A stretch of 64,000 nucleotides of DNA from Azolla caroliniana (GCA_043228905.1 JBHGNT010000022.1:7626001-7690000), one strand, 5' to 3'. Counted from the stretch's first letter, positions 25,237 through 38,656 are shown. Notes: generated by a model from the letters alone, not told the origin. Translations and numbers: made by a program.

Positions 25237-27297
25237 ATGGAGAATCAACAAGAGGCAATGAGCATAACGATGATGATGATGTTCGAGCGGATGCTACAAG
25301 AACAACGAGCGATGTCGGAGATCACGGGGGCAGTAAAGCGGCTCGTACAACGAAATGGACAATTCAACGGAAACGATGTGTCACGCTATCTACGTGACTA
25401 CAAGGCGGAGATGATACGATGTGGGATACCGGAAGGATTGCAAGTGACATCCTTCAATCGGGTGGCCACGGATGAGCTACAAGAGAGAATCCACAAGATA
25501 CGGCAACAAAACTCGACATGGGGATCATTCGAAGAAGCTTTACGAGAGTCATATGATTACAAGAGATCGAAGGGACAAGATCGGCGAAAATTCGACGAAT
25601 GGGTGGCATCGGAGAAGACCCACCGAAGTGCAACACAAGCATTCCTAGAGTTCGAGCATCGTTTTGCTCGACTCTCGGAGCGGGAACAACGATTGGTGGG
25701 AGAAGATAAAGTCCTAATGTTCGTAAAATCGATCGATCGAAAAGAAAGGATGGACATCGGGATCAAACTCGAAGACGATGAAAGTACGAATGGTCTTACC
25801 GAAGATTGGGCCGAAGTCCAAAGGGTATGCCGGAGACATGATGAGAGGAAGATGAGAATCTTGTCAACGACATGGCCGATGAAGGATGGTCGATTGAAGA
25901 CAAACGATGGAGCCGATATGAAGGCCGAAATACAACATGATGGTCCGACGGAAGAGGGTGTAAAACAAGCTACCCTCTTGTCTTGCGAAAGAACAACGAC
26001 GAAGGATAAGGCCGATAACCCAAGTATAGAAGAAGATTTCAGAATACAAGTGTCCGAAACATCGGGTGAAAAAGGGGTAAGCATAATTGATGCAGTGAAA
26101 GAGAGCAAAGAGGACTTGATTGAGGAGGTCACCACGAAAGATGACATCGAATTGAAGGTGGCTATGGACGAATCAACGACGGATGGCCATATCGAGACTT
26201 CTCCACCACTGATTCCAGAGACTCCGGCGGTTGCGTTCGAAAGGCAACGTGAGACCGAAGAGACGAAAGGTGGCGGAGAGAAAACAAAGGTCGAAGTCGA
26301 TGCGTATGACGGAGAGATAGCCGAGAATATGGCTATGGGTGAAACAATGGAGGATGATAATACCGAGGATTCCTACCCACTAATCCTAGAGACTTCGGCG
26401 GTTGTGTCTGAGAAGCAATGTGAGACCGGAGAGACGGGAGGTGGTGGCAAGAAAGGTAAAGTCGGAAGCCAATTAGGATGGAAGGTGATCCGGACGGGAT
26501 TCCGATCCGAAAGAAAGCCGAACTGGGTAAAAGAGGATTCGACCGAAAGTCGACCCGAAAGAAAGCCGAACCGAAAGGAAGAGAATTCGGCCGAAAGACG
26601 ACACAAATGAAAGCCGAACCGGGCGAATGAGGATTCGGTCGAAAGACGACCCGAAAGAAAGCCGACCCGAAAAGGGGTCGAATCGGTCAAAACCGATCGA
26701 CCGAGTCTGACTTGGCCGAACGCGAATATGGATGGAAGCCTACCTAGCCGAAAGCCGATCGGACGAGACCGATCCGGAAATAAGCTAATCCAACTCAATC
26801 GGAGGTTGGACCGGTCGAGGCTGGTGAAAACGAGGAAAAGAAAGCCAACCGAAACCGAAACCGATAGATCGAAACTGGGCCGGAAGGAGACCGACTCAAT
26901 CGAAACCGAACAACCGATTCCGATTCAGCCGAATACGAATCCGATCGGAAGCCGATCAAACCGAAAGTCGATCGGACGAGAGCGATCCGGAAAAAAGTCA
27001 AGGTTGATGAAGACAAGAAAGAGGCCAGTAAAAGACACTACCACGAATGACAAGGGCCAAGAATATGACGAGAGAGAACAAAGAATATGGTGGATCGGAT
27101 GGCGACAATGGTTCGCGTGGAAAGAATGGGTCTACTCAAAATGGAGAGACAAAGTTGACATAGCGGGACAAACGGAGGATGAAGGGGAGACAACGAGCAT
27201 CGGCAACTTCGGCACATACCGGAGGATGTGCGGGTTCGGAGGGGGCGAGTGTCGTAGTGTATTTCGTACACTACGTGAAAAAGTAAAAATAATATAA
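25237..27297 (+). pseudogene. Gag-like ORF of element B (~686 codons) with one in-frame TGA at 26608-26610
   Basis: ORFs 25216..26610 and 26728..27297 are in the same frame, and the TGA replaces the AGA of the repeated RPERKPN unit. N-terminal FNGNDVSRYLRDY...W.SFEEAL capsid-like pattern, acidic middle, basic repeats, Trp-rich tail; runs into the 3' LTR. Confidence 0.7.
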
Positions 27298-28119
27298 CCG
27301 ATTTAATTACATATAAATAAATAAAATAAGAATATCAAAATATTTGTCACGTGCATAGCGCAAGATTCGAACCTTGTACCTCCATGTAACCAAACCTCAA
27401 CTTTACCATTATGCTACCTTATCTTTAGTGTTCTATAAATAGATTTAATAACTATAAGTGCTTTATTTGCGCCTACCTTTATTAAAAGGTAAATCGTGCA
27501 TTTTTTAGAGTGCGTGAATATTTTATAGAAAAACGCAAGCAACAAAAAAGTGACTCATGCACATCTAGCGTGCATGAGCACTATATTTAGCAAATAAAAG
27601 CAAGGATTAGAAAAGCATCACATGCACATTTAGTGTGCATGAACATATTAGAAAAAAGCATGTAGTTATGCTTAGTCTCTCCCATCACTATATAAGGATG
27701 GGGAGCACATTGTAGTTTTTGTTGATTATTTTTCTATAATGATCAATCAATCTAAAATATTCGTGGGATTCACGAATTTGCTAAAATAATTCTCTCTTAC
27801 TACCTAAATATTGACTAAATATACTAAACTCGTGGGATTCACGAGATTCTTATCTTATAACTCTTTATACCTATTCTTTACTAGCCTTATTTGTATTTTT
27901 CTTTTCTCCTAGTCCAAAACCTCGGCGGTTCCCACCCGACTCACGCAACGATCCGGAGCCGAAAGGCATGACAACGCACAGACGCTACCATTCGTTGTCA
28001 CACAGTCACTTGGAGGTCTAGGTTGAAGGACTGACTGTAGACCGTGTTCCTAGTTGGTAACACTTTTGGCACGCTTGGTGATTTGTGTTTTCTCACAGAC
28101 GAACAACGACGAATGGTCT

Positions 28120-28583
28120 ATCTATAGGAAAAGCATAGAGTCTGTAGTTAGAGAAAAAAAAGCATGGATTCCTAAGACTCCCTCATCACTACATAAGGAT
28201 GGGGAGCACAATGTAATAGGTGTGTGAAAAATATTTGGGAAATTGGATATATTTCCTAAAACACCAATTAATATAATCGCGGGATTCACGAAGTTTTATA
28301 TAATCTATCTCTTTCAATCTAAATTCATATTCTTACATAAATATTGATTAATGTAATACTTGTGGGATTCACAAGGTTTGATCTCTTTTCTATTTCTACT
28401 CTAAACTATTTCAATTTATTACTATGATTAAGACAAACTAAAACAACTCTACTTGTGGGATTCACAAGCTTCTAATAATCTATACATAATTAAAATCGCC
28501 TCAAATTCTTCCTCTTCCTAGTCCATATCCCTAGTGGTTCCCACCTGACTCACACAAACGATCTGGTGCCGAAAGGCACGACA
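28120..28583 (+). mobile_element. 5'-truncated LTR of a B-related family (B2), inside the gag region of A
   Basis: Shares CATCACTA.ATAAGGATGGGGAGCACA, the GTGGGATTCAC repeats and terminal CCTAGTCCA...GGTTCCCACC.GACTCAC...GCCGAAAGGCACGACA with the B LTR. A gag resumes afterwards (FQNLRRKLEQGPAEDEARETFLAAL). Confidence 0.8.
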
Positions 28584-28797
28584 ATGTTTCCAAAATTTAC
28601 GGCGGAAACTAGAACAGGGCCCCGCGGAGGATGAGGCTCGGGAGACATTTTTGGCGGCATTATGCCGACCTATACGGACCACGCTCAACAACAATAGCGT
28701 GAAAGGGGAAACGGTCGATATGGTCATCGAACGAGCGTTACAGCTCGAGCTGGACGACGAAGAGGAAAGGTTTTCTATGTCCTCATTACGACAAGCA

Positions 28798-28897
28798 NNN
28801 NNNNNNNNNNNNNNNNNNNNNNNNNNNNNNNNNNNNNNNNNNNNNNNNNNNNNNNNNNNNNNNNNNNNNNNNNNNNNNNNNNNNNNNNNNNNNNNNN
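28798..28897. other. Assembly gap (100 N)
   Basis: Run of exactly 100 n. Confidence 1.
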
Positions 28898-31560
28898 ACA
28901 GGCCCCTTGCCCTTGCGTACTAGGCATTGTGGCATAATGTCCGGGCTGCTGACAAACAAAACAACGGATGCTAGATTCGCCCTTCTCGGCCCCTGGTGGT
29001 GTGTGCCGACCCCCCGGTGCAACTTGCTCCTCACAGTCCGGCTTCGTTTGTCGGAGCGTATGTGGTGGTTGTTGTTGGTCCCGGCGTGGTTCTTGGTGCC
29101 GGTCATCGTCCGAGCGTTGCTGTTGTTGGTCCCGATATTGCCGTTGCTTTCCACGAGGTCCATTGAAGCCGCCACGTTTGTTTGTCGGCTGGTGATTCTC
29201 ATAGCGTCGGCCCCCTTTAGCATATCTGGGGGAACCACGGTAGTCCTCATCCTCTGGCTTGTCTTCCTCGAAATCGTTGTGATTCCGGTGATTCCGGTAG
29301 TGTCGGTCGTCACGTGAGTTGTGATCCATATACCGTGGTCAGTCTTCTTGCCTCCTTTGTTCAGTACGGCGTGGGGGACGTTGTGTGTCCATGTTGCGTA
29401 CTGTGGGAGCAGCTCTATCAGCATAGTACGCACTCTCAACTGTGTGAGCCTTCGAGTGACAAATTGAGCAGTGGATTCGCATGTTGCACTCCACTGCGGA
29501 ATGCCCCGAATTCAAGCAAATCATGCACTGGATTGCTTGACGAAAATGTCGTTCCTCGTCCTAAGGTAATGCTTGTCGTAATGAGGACATAGAAAACCTT
29601 TCCTCTTCGTCGTCCAGCTCGAGCTGTAACGCTCGTTCGATGACCATATCGACCGTTTCCCCTTTCACGCTATTGTTGTTGAGCGTGGTCCGTATAGGTC
29701 GGCATAATGCCGCCAAAAATGTCTCCCGAGCCTCATCCTCCGCGGGGCCCTGTTCTAGTTTCCGCCGTAAATTTTGGAAACATTGTCGTGCCTTTCGGCA
29801 CCAGATCGTTTGTGTGAGTCAGGTGGGAACCACTAGGGATATGGACTAGGAAGAGGAAGAATTTGAGGCGATTTTAATTATGTATAGATTATTAGAAGCT
29901 TGTGAATCCCACAAGTAGAGTTGTTTTAGTTTGTCTTAATCATAGTAATAAATTGAAATAGTTTAGAGTAGAAATAGAAAAGAGATCAAACCTTGTGAAT
30001 CCCACAAGTATTACATTAATCAATATTTATGTAAGAATATGAATTTAGATTGAAAGAGATAGATTATATAAAACTTCGTGAATCCCGCGATTATATTAAT
30101 TGGTGTTTTAGGAAATATATCCAATTTCCCAAATATTTTTCACACACCTATTACATTGTGCTCCCCATCCTTATGTAGTGATGAGGGAGTCTTAGGAATC
30201 CATGCTTTTTTTTCTCTAACTACAGACTCTATGCTTTTCCTATAGATAGACCATTCGTCGTTGTTCGTCTGTGAGAAAACACAAATCACCAAGCGTGCCA
30301 AAAGTGTTACCAACTAGGAACACGGTCTACAGTCAGTCCTTCAACCTAGACCTCCAAGTGACTGTGTGACAACGAATGGTAGCGTCTGTGCGTTGTCATG
30401 CCTTTCGGCTCCGGATCGTTGCGTGAGTCGGGTGGGAACCGCCGAGGTTTTGGACTAGGAGAAAAGAAAAATACAAATAAGGCTAGTAAAGAATAGGTAT
30501 AAAGAGTTATAAGATAAGAATCTCGTGAATCCCACGAGTTTAGTATATTTAGTCAATATTTAGGTAGTAAGAGAGAATTATTTTAGCAAATTCGTGAATC
30601 CCACGAATATTTTAGATTGATTGATCATTATAGAAAAATAATCAACAAAAACTACAATGTGCTCCCCATCCTTATATAGTGATGGGAGAGACTAAGCATA
30701 ACTACATGCTTTTTCTAATATGTTCATGCACACTAAATGTGCATGTGATGCTTTTCTAATCCTTGCTTTTATTTGCTAAATATAGTGCTCATGCACGCTA
30801 GATGTGCATGAGTCACTTTTTTGTTGCTTGCGTTTTTCTATAAAATATTCACGCACTCTAAAAAATGCACGATTTACCTTTTAATAAAGGTAGGCGCAAA
30901 TAAAGCACTTATAGTTATTAAATCTATTTATAGAACACTAAAGATAAGGTAGCATAATGGTAAAGTTGAGGTTTGGTTACATGGAGGTACAAGGTTCGAA
31001 TCTTGCGCTATGCACGTGACAAATATTTTGATATTCTTATTTTATTTATTTATATGTAATTAAATCGGTTATATTATTTTTACTTTTTCACGTAGTGTAC
31101 GAAATACACTACGACACTCGCCCCCTCCGAACCCGCACATCCTCCGGTATGTGCCGAAGTTGCCGATGCTCGTTGTCTCCCCTTCATCCTCCGTTTGTCC
31201 CGCTATGTCAACTTTGTCTCTCCATTTTGAGTAGACCCATTCTTTCCACGCGAACCATTGTCGCCATCCGATCCACCATATTCTTTGTTCTCTCTCGTCA
31301 TATTCTTGGCCCTTGTCATTCGTGGTAGTGTCTTTTACTGGCCTCTTTCTTGTCTTCATCAACCTTGACTTTTTTCCGGATCGCTCTCGTCCGATCGACT
31401 TTCGGTTTGATCGGCTTCCGATCGGATTCGTATTCGGCTGAATCGGAATCGGTTGTTCGGTTTCGATTGAGTCGGTCTCCTTCCGGCCCAGTTTCGATCT
31501 ATCGGTTTCGGTTTCGGTTGGCTTTCTTTTCCTCGTTTTCACCAGCCTCGACCGGTCCAA
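28898..31560 (-). repeat. Inverted segment: 29570-31560 is a near-identical reverse complement of 26806-28797, and 28898-29569 is the inverted continuation of A gag
   Basis: Mirrored identical ORFs (28518..28727 - vs 29640..29849 +; 27038..27271 - vs 31095..31328 +). The only difference I saw is one A-homopolymer length. The inverted gag carries CMICLNSGHSAVEC, CSICHSKAH and CFVCQQPGHYA. Confidence 0.9.
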
Positions 31561-34500
31561 ACAAAAACGACTGATTGGGCCGCACAAGATGAGATCCGAT
31601 GAACAGCCCAGGCATGGGTTGAAAAAGCAAACGCGACAAATACGGAACGCATGTGGAAGGAATCCGCAAAAACGATGGAGCTAGTGGAGGATGAAGGACC
31701 GGCCCCAGACCCCATTTGGCAAGCATTGGCAGGCTGCGAGATAATGTTAACCATGGAGAAGCTGCTGCAACTAGTCCCACGCTTCCGCCAGACCGTGGAA
31801 GAGCGGGTGACGGGCATACCTGGGGTGAGCATCGCTACGAATTTCACGGACATTAGCGACGAACCGTTTGTAGTGGATCACCACAACCCGACTATTACGT
31901 TGATATTACACGGTCAGGAAATCCCGGGATGCGTAATCGATGGCGGCTCGGGCGTTAATGTAATTAGCACGAAAACATGCGAGCAATTAGGAATTTCAGA
32001 ATGGGAGGCTTGCCCGTTCTGGCTCCGTATGGTAGATACCCGCTCAGTACGACCATTGGGGTTAATATGCAAGGTAGGCATTATTATCGTGGGAGGACAT
32101 CGCTTCGACATCTCGGTGGTAGTCCTCGCCCTGGACGACCCAGGGGCGTACCCTGTGCTGCTGGGCAGACCGTGGCTTCGTGCAACGAATATCGAGCAGA
32201 GCTGCCAACACAGGTGTATCAGTTTTCGACATGGACGCACCAAGGTTCGCGTACCAACGAAGGAAAGGGCGACACAATGCAAGAGTATAACACCATTATA
32301 CGCGGAAGATATAAATATGCTGGCCGGGGTGGATGATACAGAATTAGAGGCATACCTAGACGAGCACCCTCAGATTATTCCACTATTCGAAATCGACGTC
32401 ATCGCAACCGCGGCAGAATATGCCACGACCACTACTCTCCACGACGAGGCTTACGAACCAAACCCGGAGTCAATATTAGAACTAAGCAGAGCACGAGCAT
32501 CGTTTGAGAGGGAAATGGAAATTTCACGACAAGTCACTGCCTCAGCCCTGGAAGAAGTAAACGTGGGTACGGCGTCAGAACCCCGTTTCCTCTCCATCGC
32601 AAAAGAATTAAGGCTGCACCAGAGAGACGCGATGATCGAACTACTCAAGAAATATAAAGATGTGTTCGCCTAGGCTCATGAGGACATGAAGGGGTTAGAT
32701 CCGAAGTTCTATCAACATAAGATTAATTTAGCAACCAATGCAAAACCGGTCCAGCAGTGTCGCTACCGCATGAACCCGAACTACGCGACCCGCGTAAAAG
32801 AAGAAATTGACAAACTTCTAAAGGCGGGATTCATACGGCTAGTTAAACAAGCCACATGGTTAAGTCCGATAGTAGTTGTTCCAAAGAAAAACGGAAAAAT
32901 ACGAGTATGCATGGATTACCGAAAATTAAACGCCGTAACCATTACAGACGCATTCCCTTTACCATTCACCGATAGCGTATTGGACGCCGTTGAAGGGCAT
33001 GACATGTACAATTTTTTAGATGGCTTCAATCGATACAACCAGGTACGCATGCATCCCGATGACCAAGAGAAGACGACATTTGTCACGGACTCGGGAGTCT
33101 ATGTGGTAGTTGTCATGATGTTCGGGCTAAAGACAGCGCCGTCGACATTTCAATGGACAATAACAAAGATCTTTGGGGAATATATTCCGACATTCATGCA
33201 AGTTTTTTTAGACGATTTTGCGATATATGTGAAAACAACCGACCATTTTACGCATCTGCAACTGTGCCTGGAACGTTGCCGCACCACACGCTTCAGCCTG
33301 AATCCCGCGAAATGTGCCTTCGGTGTTACTAGCGGGGCTCTTCTAGGCCATATAGTTAGCAAGGAAGGGATAGCGGTCGATCCGAACAAAATCTCCGCGA
33401 TTACTCAAGCTAAAACTCCGACAAACGCAAAATCACTCAGCCGGTTTGTAGGACAAATACGATGGCATAGTCGAATGATACGATACTTGGTGGACTTCGC
33501 CACACCGTTACATGCCGCCGTGCATCGGATTCCCTTCCAATGGACTGCAATGGAAGACAAGGCCTATGATGCACTCAAGATAATGCTCACGCAGGCACCC
33601 GTCATACAACCACTAGTTTGGGTGAAGCCATTCCACGTGTTCGTAGACGCCTCAGACATAGCAATAGGAAGTGCGCTAATGCAGCTCACCGAATTGAATT
33701 GGTACCGGCCAGTGTACTATGCTAGTCACAAATTATCAACAGCGGAGCGTAACTATTCCACAACGGAGCGTGAGGCATTGGGGTTGATCTATAACATCAA
33801 TAAATTCCGGCATTATCTGCTAGGGAGGAAGTTCACGTTCCACGTGGATCATTCGACACTGGTGTATTTGGTGGAGAAACAAGCAATGACGGGGAAATTG
33901 GCGCGATAGATGCTGCTGCTTCAAGAATTCGATTTTGTAATTCAACACCGCCCGGGTACGCAACATGCAGTGGTAGATTTTTTGAGCAGACTCGATAATG
34001 GAGAAATGGTGCAGAAGGACGACGATGACTTTCCGGACGCAGAGATTCTGCGGTAGCAGCACTAGCTGGAAGAACGGAAACAACCTTTCCGGACCGACGG
34101 CTCATGGAAATGACATACTTTTTGACTACGGGATTGCCTCCACCACAATTATGCACGGACGAGAAGAAACGATTAGCCATCCGGAGCCGTAATTTCTGCC
34201 TGGTAGAAGGAATCTTATATCACAAAGGTAGTGATGGCATTTGGCGACGCGGTGTATGCCAGGATGAGAAAAAATCGGTCTTATGGGAGGCTCACTGCGG
34301 CACGGTAGGCGGACACTACGAGGGCGATGTTACGGCCTGGAAAATATGGCAAGCAAGCCTATGGTGGCCGACTACACAGAAGGACGCATACGAGTATTGC
34401 ATATAGTGCGATTTGTGTCAACGGATGGGCCAACCCACAGAGGGCGCAAGAATGCCACACCAGCCCGTATTACCGTTAGATCCCTTCCAAAAGTGGGGAT

Positions 34501-35408
34501 TGGATTTTGTGGGCCCCTTCACACCAGCGGTGGCCCGTACGGGCAATAAATACATATTGGTAGCCACGGATTATTGCACCAAGTGGGTAGAAGCAAAGGC
34601 ACTACAAGAGAATACCGTGGTCGTCACAGTGAGATTCCTTTACGAACAGATCTGGTGTTGGTTCAGTTGTCCGATTGAGCTTATCAGTGATCAGGGGAGC
34701 CACATTCTCAATACGGTCGTTCGTGAACTGACACATCATTATGCCGTAGTCCACAAGAAAAGTATGCCATATTACCCACAGGCGAATGGGTTGGCGGAGT
34801 CCACCAACAAGACGTTGCAGACCATATTAAAGAAAATCGTCAATGAAAATAGAACGGACTGGGATACCAAATTACATAGTGCGTTATGGGCGTACAAAAC
34901 CAGCTACAAAACAAGCATGTAGTCAACACCGTTTTGACTAGCGTTTGGGTTGGAGGCCATTATGCCGGTAGAGTTTCAGATACCCAATTTACGGATTCAG
35001 GTACGGGACCGACTATCAAAAGCCAAGTCGGAGGAAGCACGGCTCCACCAACTACTCGAACTCGGCGAAAAACAAGTACACAACATGGCTGTGTTAGAGC
35101 AGGAACAACGACGGCATAAAGCGTTTGTGGATCGACATCGGAACGCACGGGAAAAGGATTTCGCGGTCGGTAGAGCGGTACTGGTTTTCCAAACCCGCAT
35201 GGGCCATATGCTACGAAAGTTACGATTCCGCTGGACAGGCTCGTAGTGGATAATAGGAGCGGAACAAGGCACGTTCCAATTGGGCACACTAGCCGGGGAA
35301 GTCTTACGACAAAAGGTGAATGGGTTTTGCCTTAAACCTTATTTGGGACCTACGCCACCTAACCCATTCCCCGCCAGACAGGACAAAGCCAAAGAACCCG
35401 CGACGTAA
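31561..35408 (+). pseudogene. Disrupted gag-pol of Gypsy A (gag end, protease, RT, RNase H, integrase)
   Basis: CVIDGGSGVNVI (protease), FMQVFLDDF (RT), FVDASDIAIG and NYSTTEREAL (RNase H), WGLDFVGP and YYPQANGLAES (integrase). Stops at 32671, 33907, 34404, 34920 and 35244, plus a frameshift near 34050. Confidence 0.93.
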
Positions 35409-35491
35409 GTGGACGGCCCTACTTGTAGCATAGTGTAAAAATAGGCTTGTATGTAACCGTTAAGAAAAGAAAAAAAAACAAAAAGAAAAAG

Positions 35492-35522
<31 letters not shown>

Positions 35523-38500
35523 GAAGAGAAGATAGCGACGCTATTAAAAAAGGACTGAATGCATGCACAGACTTCTAGACCAAGAACGCGCGACACCACG
35601 ATGGCTCACCGCCCAATGAACCCTAGGCCACAAAAAGAAGGAAATAGAAGGTCTTCTGCACAATACAGAAATCCACCTCCTAACTCTCAGCGCTCTCATC
35701 ACTCCCCTCCCTCACCTTCTCCTCCATCCTAGCACAGAGCTCAAACCCACCGCAACCAACAATCTTCCCCCCACGAGCCTACTATGACTATGCCGATATT
35801 TATCTCTACCGCCTTACGTCGATGGCTCGTGGAGAAATGCCTGGATGGGTACATCAGGGTTGCAAAGGCACCTCCACACCTGGATGCATTGGACATTGCC
35901 AGAAAGCTCAACATTGACACGGTCACCAACTCATCCATCCGGAAAAAGTTGGACCTGTCATCACTAGGGGAAAGGCATTTCGAATTCCCTCCTGCGGAGT
36001 CGCTGCAGAGATATTTCGGTCCATATTCGTCCTCCGCCAAGGCATATAGAACGAAGGAGATCCTAAATCCCTTTTTCCGCAAAGTTGCCAAGTTCATATT
36101 CGAGGTCGGATGCATACATGTAAACGCATATGAGATGCCCAAGCAGAAGGTAGGTATCATTATTGATAACTTTGAAGGATGTACGGTTGATTGGGGGGTC
36201 ATCACGGGGCCGACGTTAAGGGAAGTCCTGCACGCGTATATGGGAGGCAAGAAGCTCAGGCCTATCATACAACAGTACTTGACGGTACTATTCCCACCCT
36301 GAGACCTGCCGACACTACAGCCCAGCAGGCCCATGCTGCCGCCTCGATCCGAGAAGCGCAGGTTAGCGGAGTTAGCCACCACAAAGTGGGAGGATGACCC
36401 CCAACCCGCCCAGCCGGACACACGGACAACACCGGAAGAGCAGGTTGTGCGCTTTGAGGACGCGACACCAGGCCGAACCTCGATAGGAAAGCCCTAGGCC
36501 GAAACGGCGGAGGCTGGACAAGAAAGATGGGCGAGGATTAGTTAAAGACGTACTCGCGGCAGTGGAGACAACGACCGCAGGCGATGACTCTACAACTACA
36601 GAGCCCAACACCACCTTCGAAATAATCCGGGAGCCACGGACGATCATTACGGCGCAGTCACAACGAGGGAAAGCCGTATTGACGGCAGAAAGCAAGGTCT
36701 TGGCATATCTGGATATCCCGGACACAGTCCATGAGTTCAGCGCACTATTACAGTTCGGAACCTCTTTTGAGCTCATGGAATTCTTGGCAACGCAACAGAT
36801 AAAGGTCTCGCAACGAATGGTCGAGGAGCATGCGGAGCTCCAGGTGATTGAGAGAGCCTTAACACAAACGACGGAGAGCGACGATGAGGACCAGTTAGCC
36901 AGAGTCGGCAGACGGAGGAACGCCGGTATACGCCGAATGGGGATGGAACTACCCCCATTAAACACGGCCCTAGTTGAAGTTCATAGGGAACTGGTAAAGG
37001 TCAGCATGGGCACCAAGGAGATGGCCATTAAAAATAAGAATGTCTAGAAGAAGGTTAAACTGACCCAAGCCGAACTACAAAAAGCCAACGAACGCATCGC
37101 GGAGTTGGAAAATAACGCAACTACGGCGCAACGGGCAACTCCACCACCAAACAACGCCATCGAAGCCTTGAAGGAAGAGATTGAGGCTCATACCGTCATT
37201 GCCTCAAAAGAAAAACGGGCCGTACAACTAGGGGAATTAGAAATTGACCGCCTCCGCGCTGAACTTCGCCAGTCCTCAGACAGGGAAAAGGATATCCGGG
37301 CCAATGGCCGAAAAGCAGTAAAAACCCTTGAAGAGAAACTCGCTGCGGAGACAGCACAACATACTCGGATAAGAGAAGAAAACACCCAATTACGGGAGGA
37401 AGCGAAAAAATTGGAGGCGGCAATCGCGGGACTCCGGGTCTTATTGGAGAAAAAGAAGGCATGGTTCAACGAGCAGCTAGTGGGCGAACAGGAAAGAAGG
37501 CATTAGCTCGAAAACCGCTTGAACAATGAAATGGGAAAACTAGAAGAACTACATGCGAAGGAATCCCAGCTGTGGGCGGGTATGAAGAGCACGTATGAAG
37601 AAGCGGCGGCAGTTAGCTAGCAAGAAATTGCAAACCTCAAGAAGTCTGTGGAAGAAGCACGCAACCGTTGCCAGGCCATCATAGACAACGTGCATATCCT
37701 TCTACAAATGAATCGGGAGAGGTTTACGGCGCAATTGAAAACTACATTAGACAAAGGATGGATGGCATGGGTAGCGGAATTGCATGCGTATCAAGCGGAC
37801 TGGGAGAACTGGAGAAAAGACGATCAAGGCTTCTATAAACTCAATGAGGAAAGCATTGCGGCAGTACGCGAGGACCTAGCGCAGGACTATCGTATGCTAG
37901 CGGACCAACATTCCGAACAACTCGCGCAACTATTAGATGATTTTGGTGAAAGTCAGGAGGATCTGTTTCACCAGATCACGCAAGCTGGCAACATGCGGAC
38001 AAACGTGGAATCCATCGCGACACCAATTCCGGATACCGCCAAAGAAGAGGAACCTCAGGCCAGGTCACCAGAAATTACAACTACGATGAACAGCACGGAA
38101 CGGCGAGCAAAGTCCTCGACAATACCAGAAAACGAAACCACTGCCCAAGGGGAACCCCATCTACCGGAGCATACGCTATCGGCCGACCTGTTACCCGGAC
38201 CCGGACAGTCAATTTTACCGAACAAGTGGGAAAGCGTCGAAAACAGAGTCGGTTCGGATCGACTGTTCGGATCAATGACTCAACAGTAAACGAAGAGAAC
38301 TAAGTTAGTTAGATAATTTTGTAAATCTTGATAGTAAGTAGGAATAGTTCTTGATGAGAAAAGACCTTCGGTATACCTATAAAAGGGAACCGAAGGCATT
38401 GTAAGAAAGGTCGTTTTATTTAGTAATATAAGTTGAAGTTAGGAATATCCTGTACGGATTCTGTGTTCTTTCTATTGTCTATGTTCTTAAGTGCAAGCTT

Positions 38501-38656
38501 CCTAATTTATAACTAAGTAACGATCACGGTAATTACCGATTAATATAGTATAATTCCGTTCGTAAAACACAATTCCTTGTTAGAACGTTGAGTAGCGAAG
38601 TTCACTCTTCTGTATCGGTAGTAGTTAGTAATTAGCCGATTAACACAGAAGAATTT

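Larger units (their letters stand above)
24476..27973 (+). mobile_element. Non-autonomous gag-only LTR element B (TR-GAG-like), 3.5 kb, inserted in the 5' LTR of A
   Basis: LTRs 24476-25198 and 27250-27973 (TGTCGT...GACA, about 3 substitutions). 4-bp TSD ACGC, confirmed against the uninterrupted 3' LTR of A (AAGTATT-ACGC-ATAGACG). PPT GGAGGGGGCGAG. No protease, RT or integrase motifs. Confidence 0.92.

Noticed and set aside
27351-27418. Genuine tRNA gene
   Set aside because: A/B-box-like motifs are present, but the acceptor, D and anticodon stems do not pair.
24984-28470. CRISPR-like array (palindromic GTGGGATTCAC repeats with non-repeating spacers)
   Set aside because: Only 2-3 repeats of ~17 nt with irregular AT-rich spacers, inside LTRs of a eukaryotic retroelement, and no cas genes. 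Reported as RNA stem-loops instead.
38350-38400. Hammerhead ribozyme (retrozyme) in an LTR
   Set aside because: TTGATGAG is not the CUGANGA core, and there is no correctly placed GAAA/stem II. None was seen in the other LTRs.
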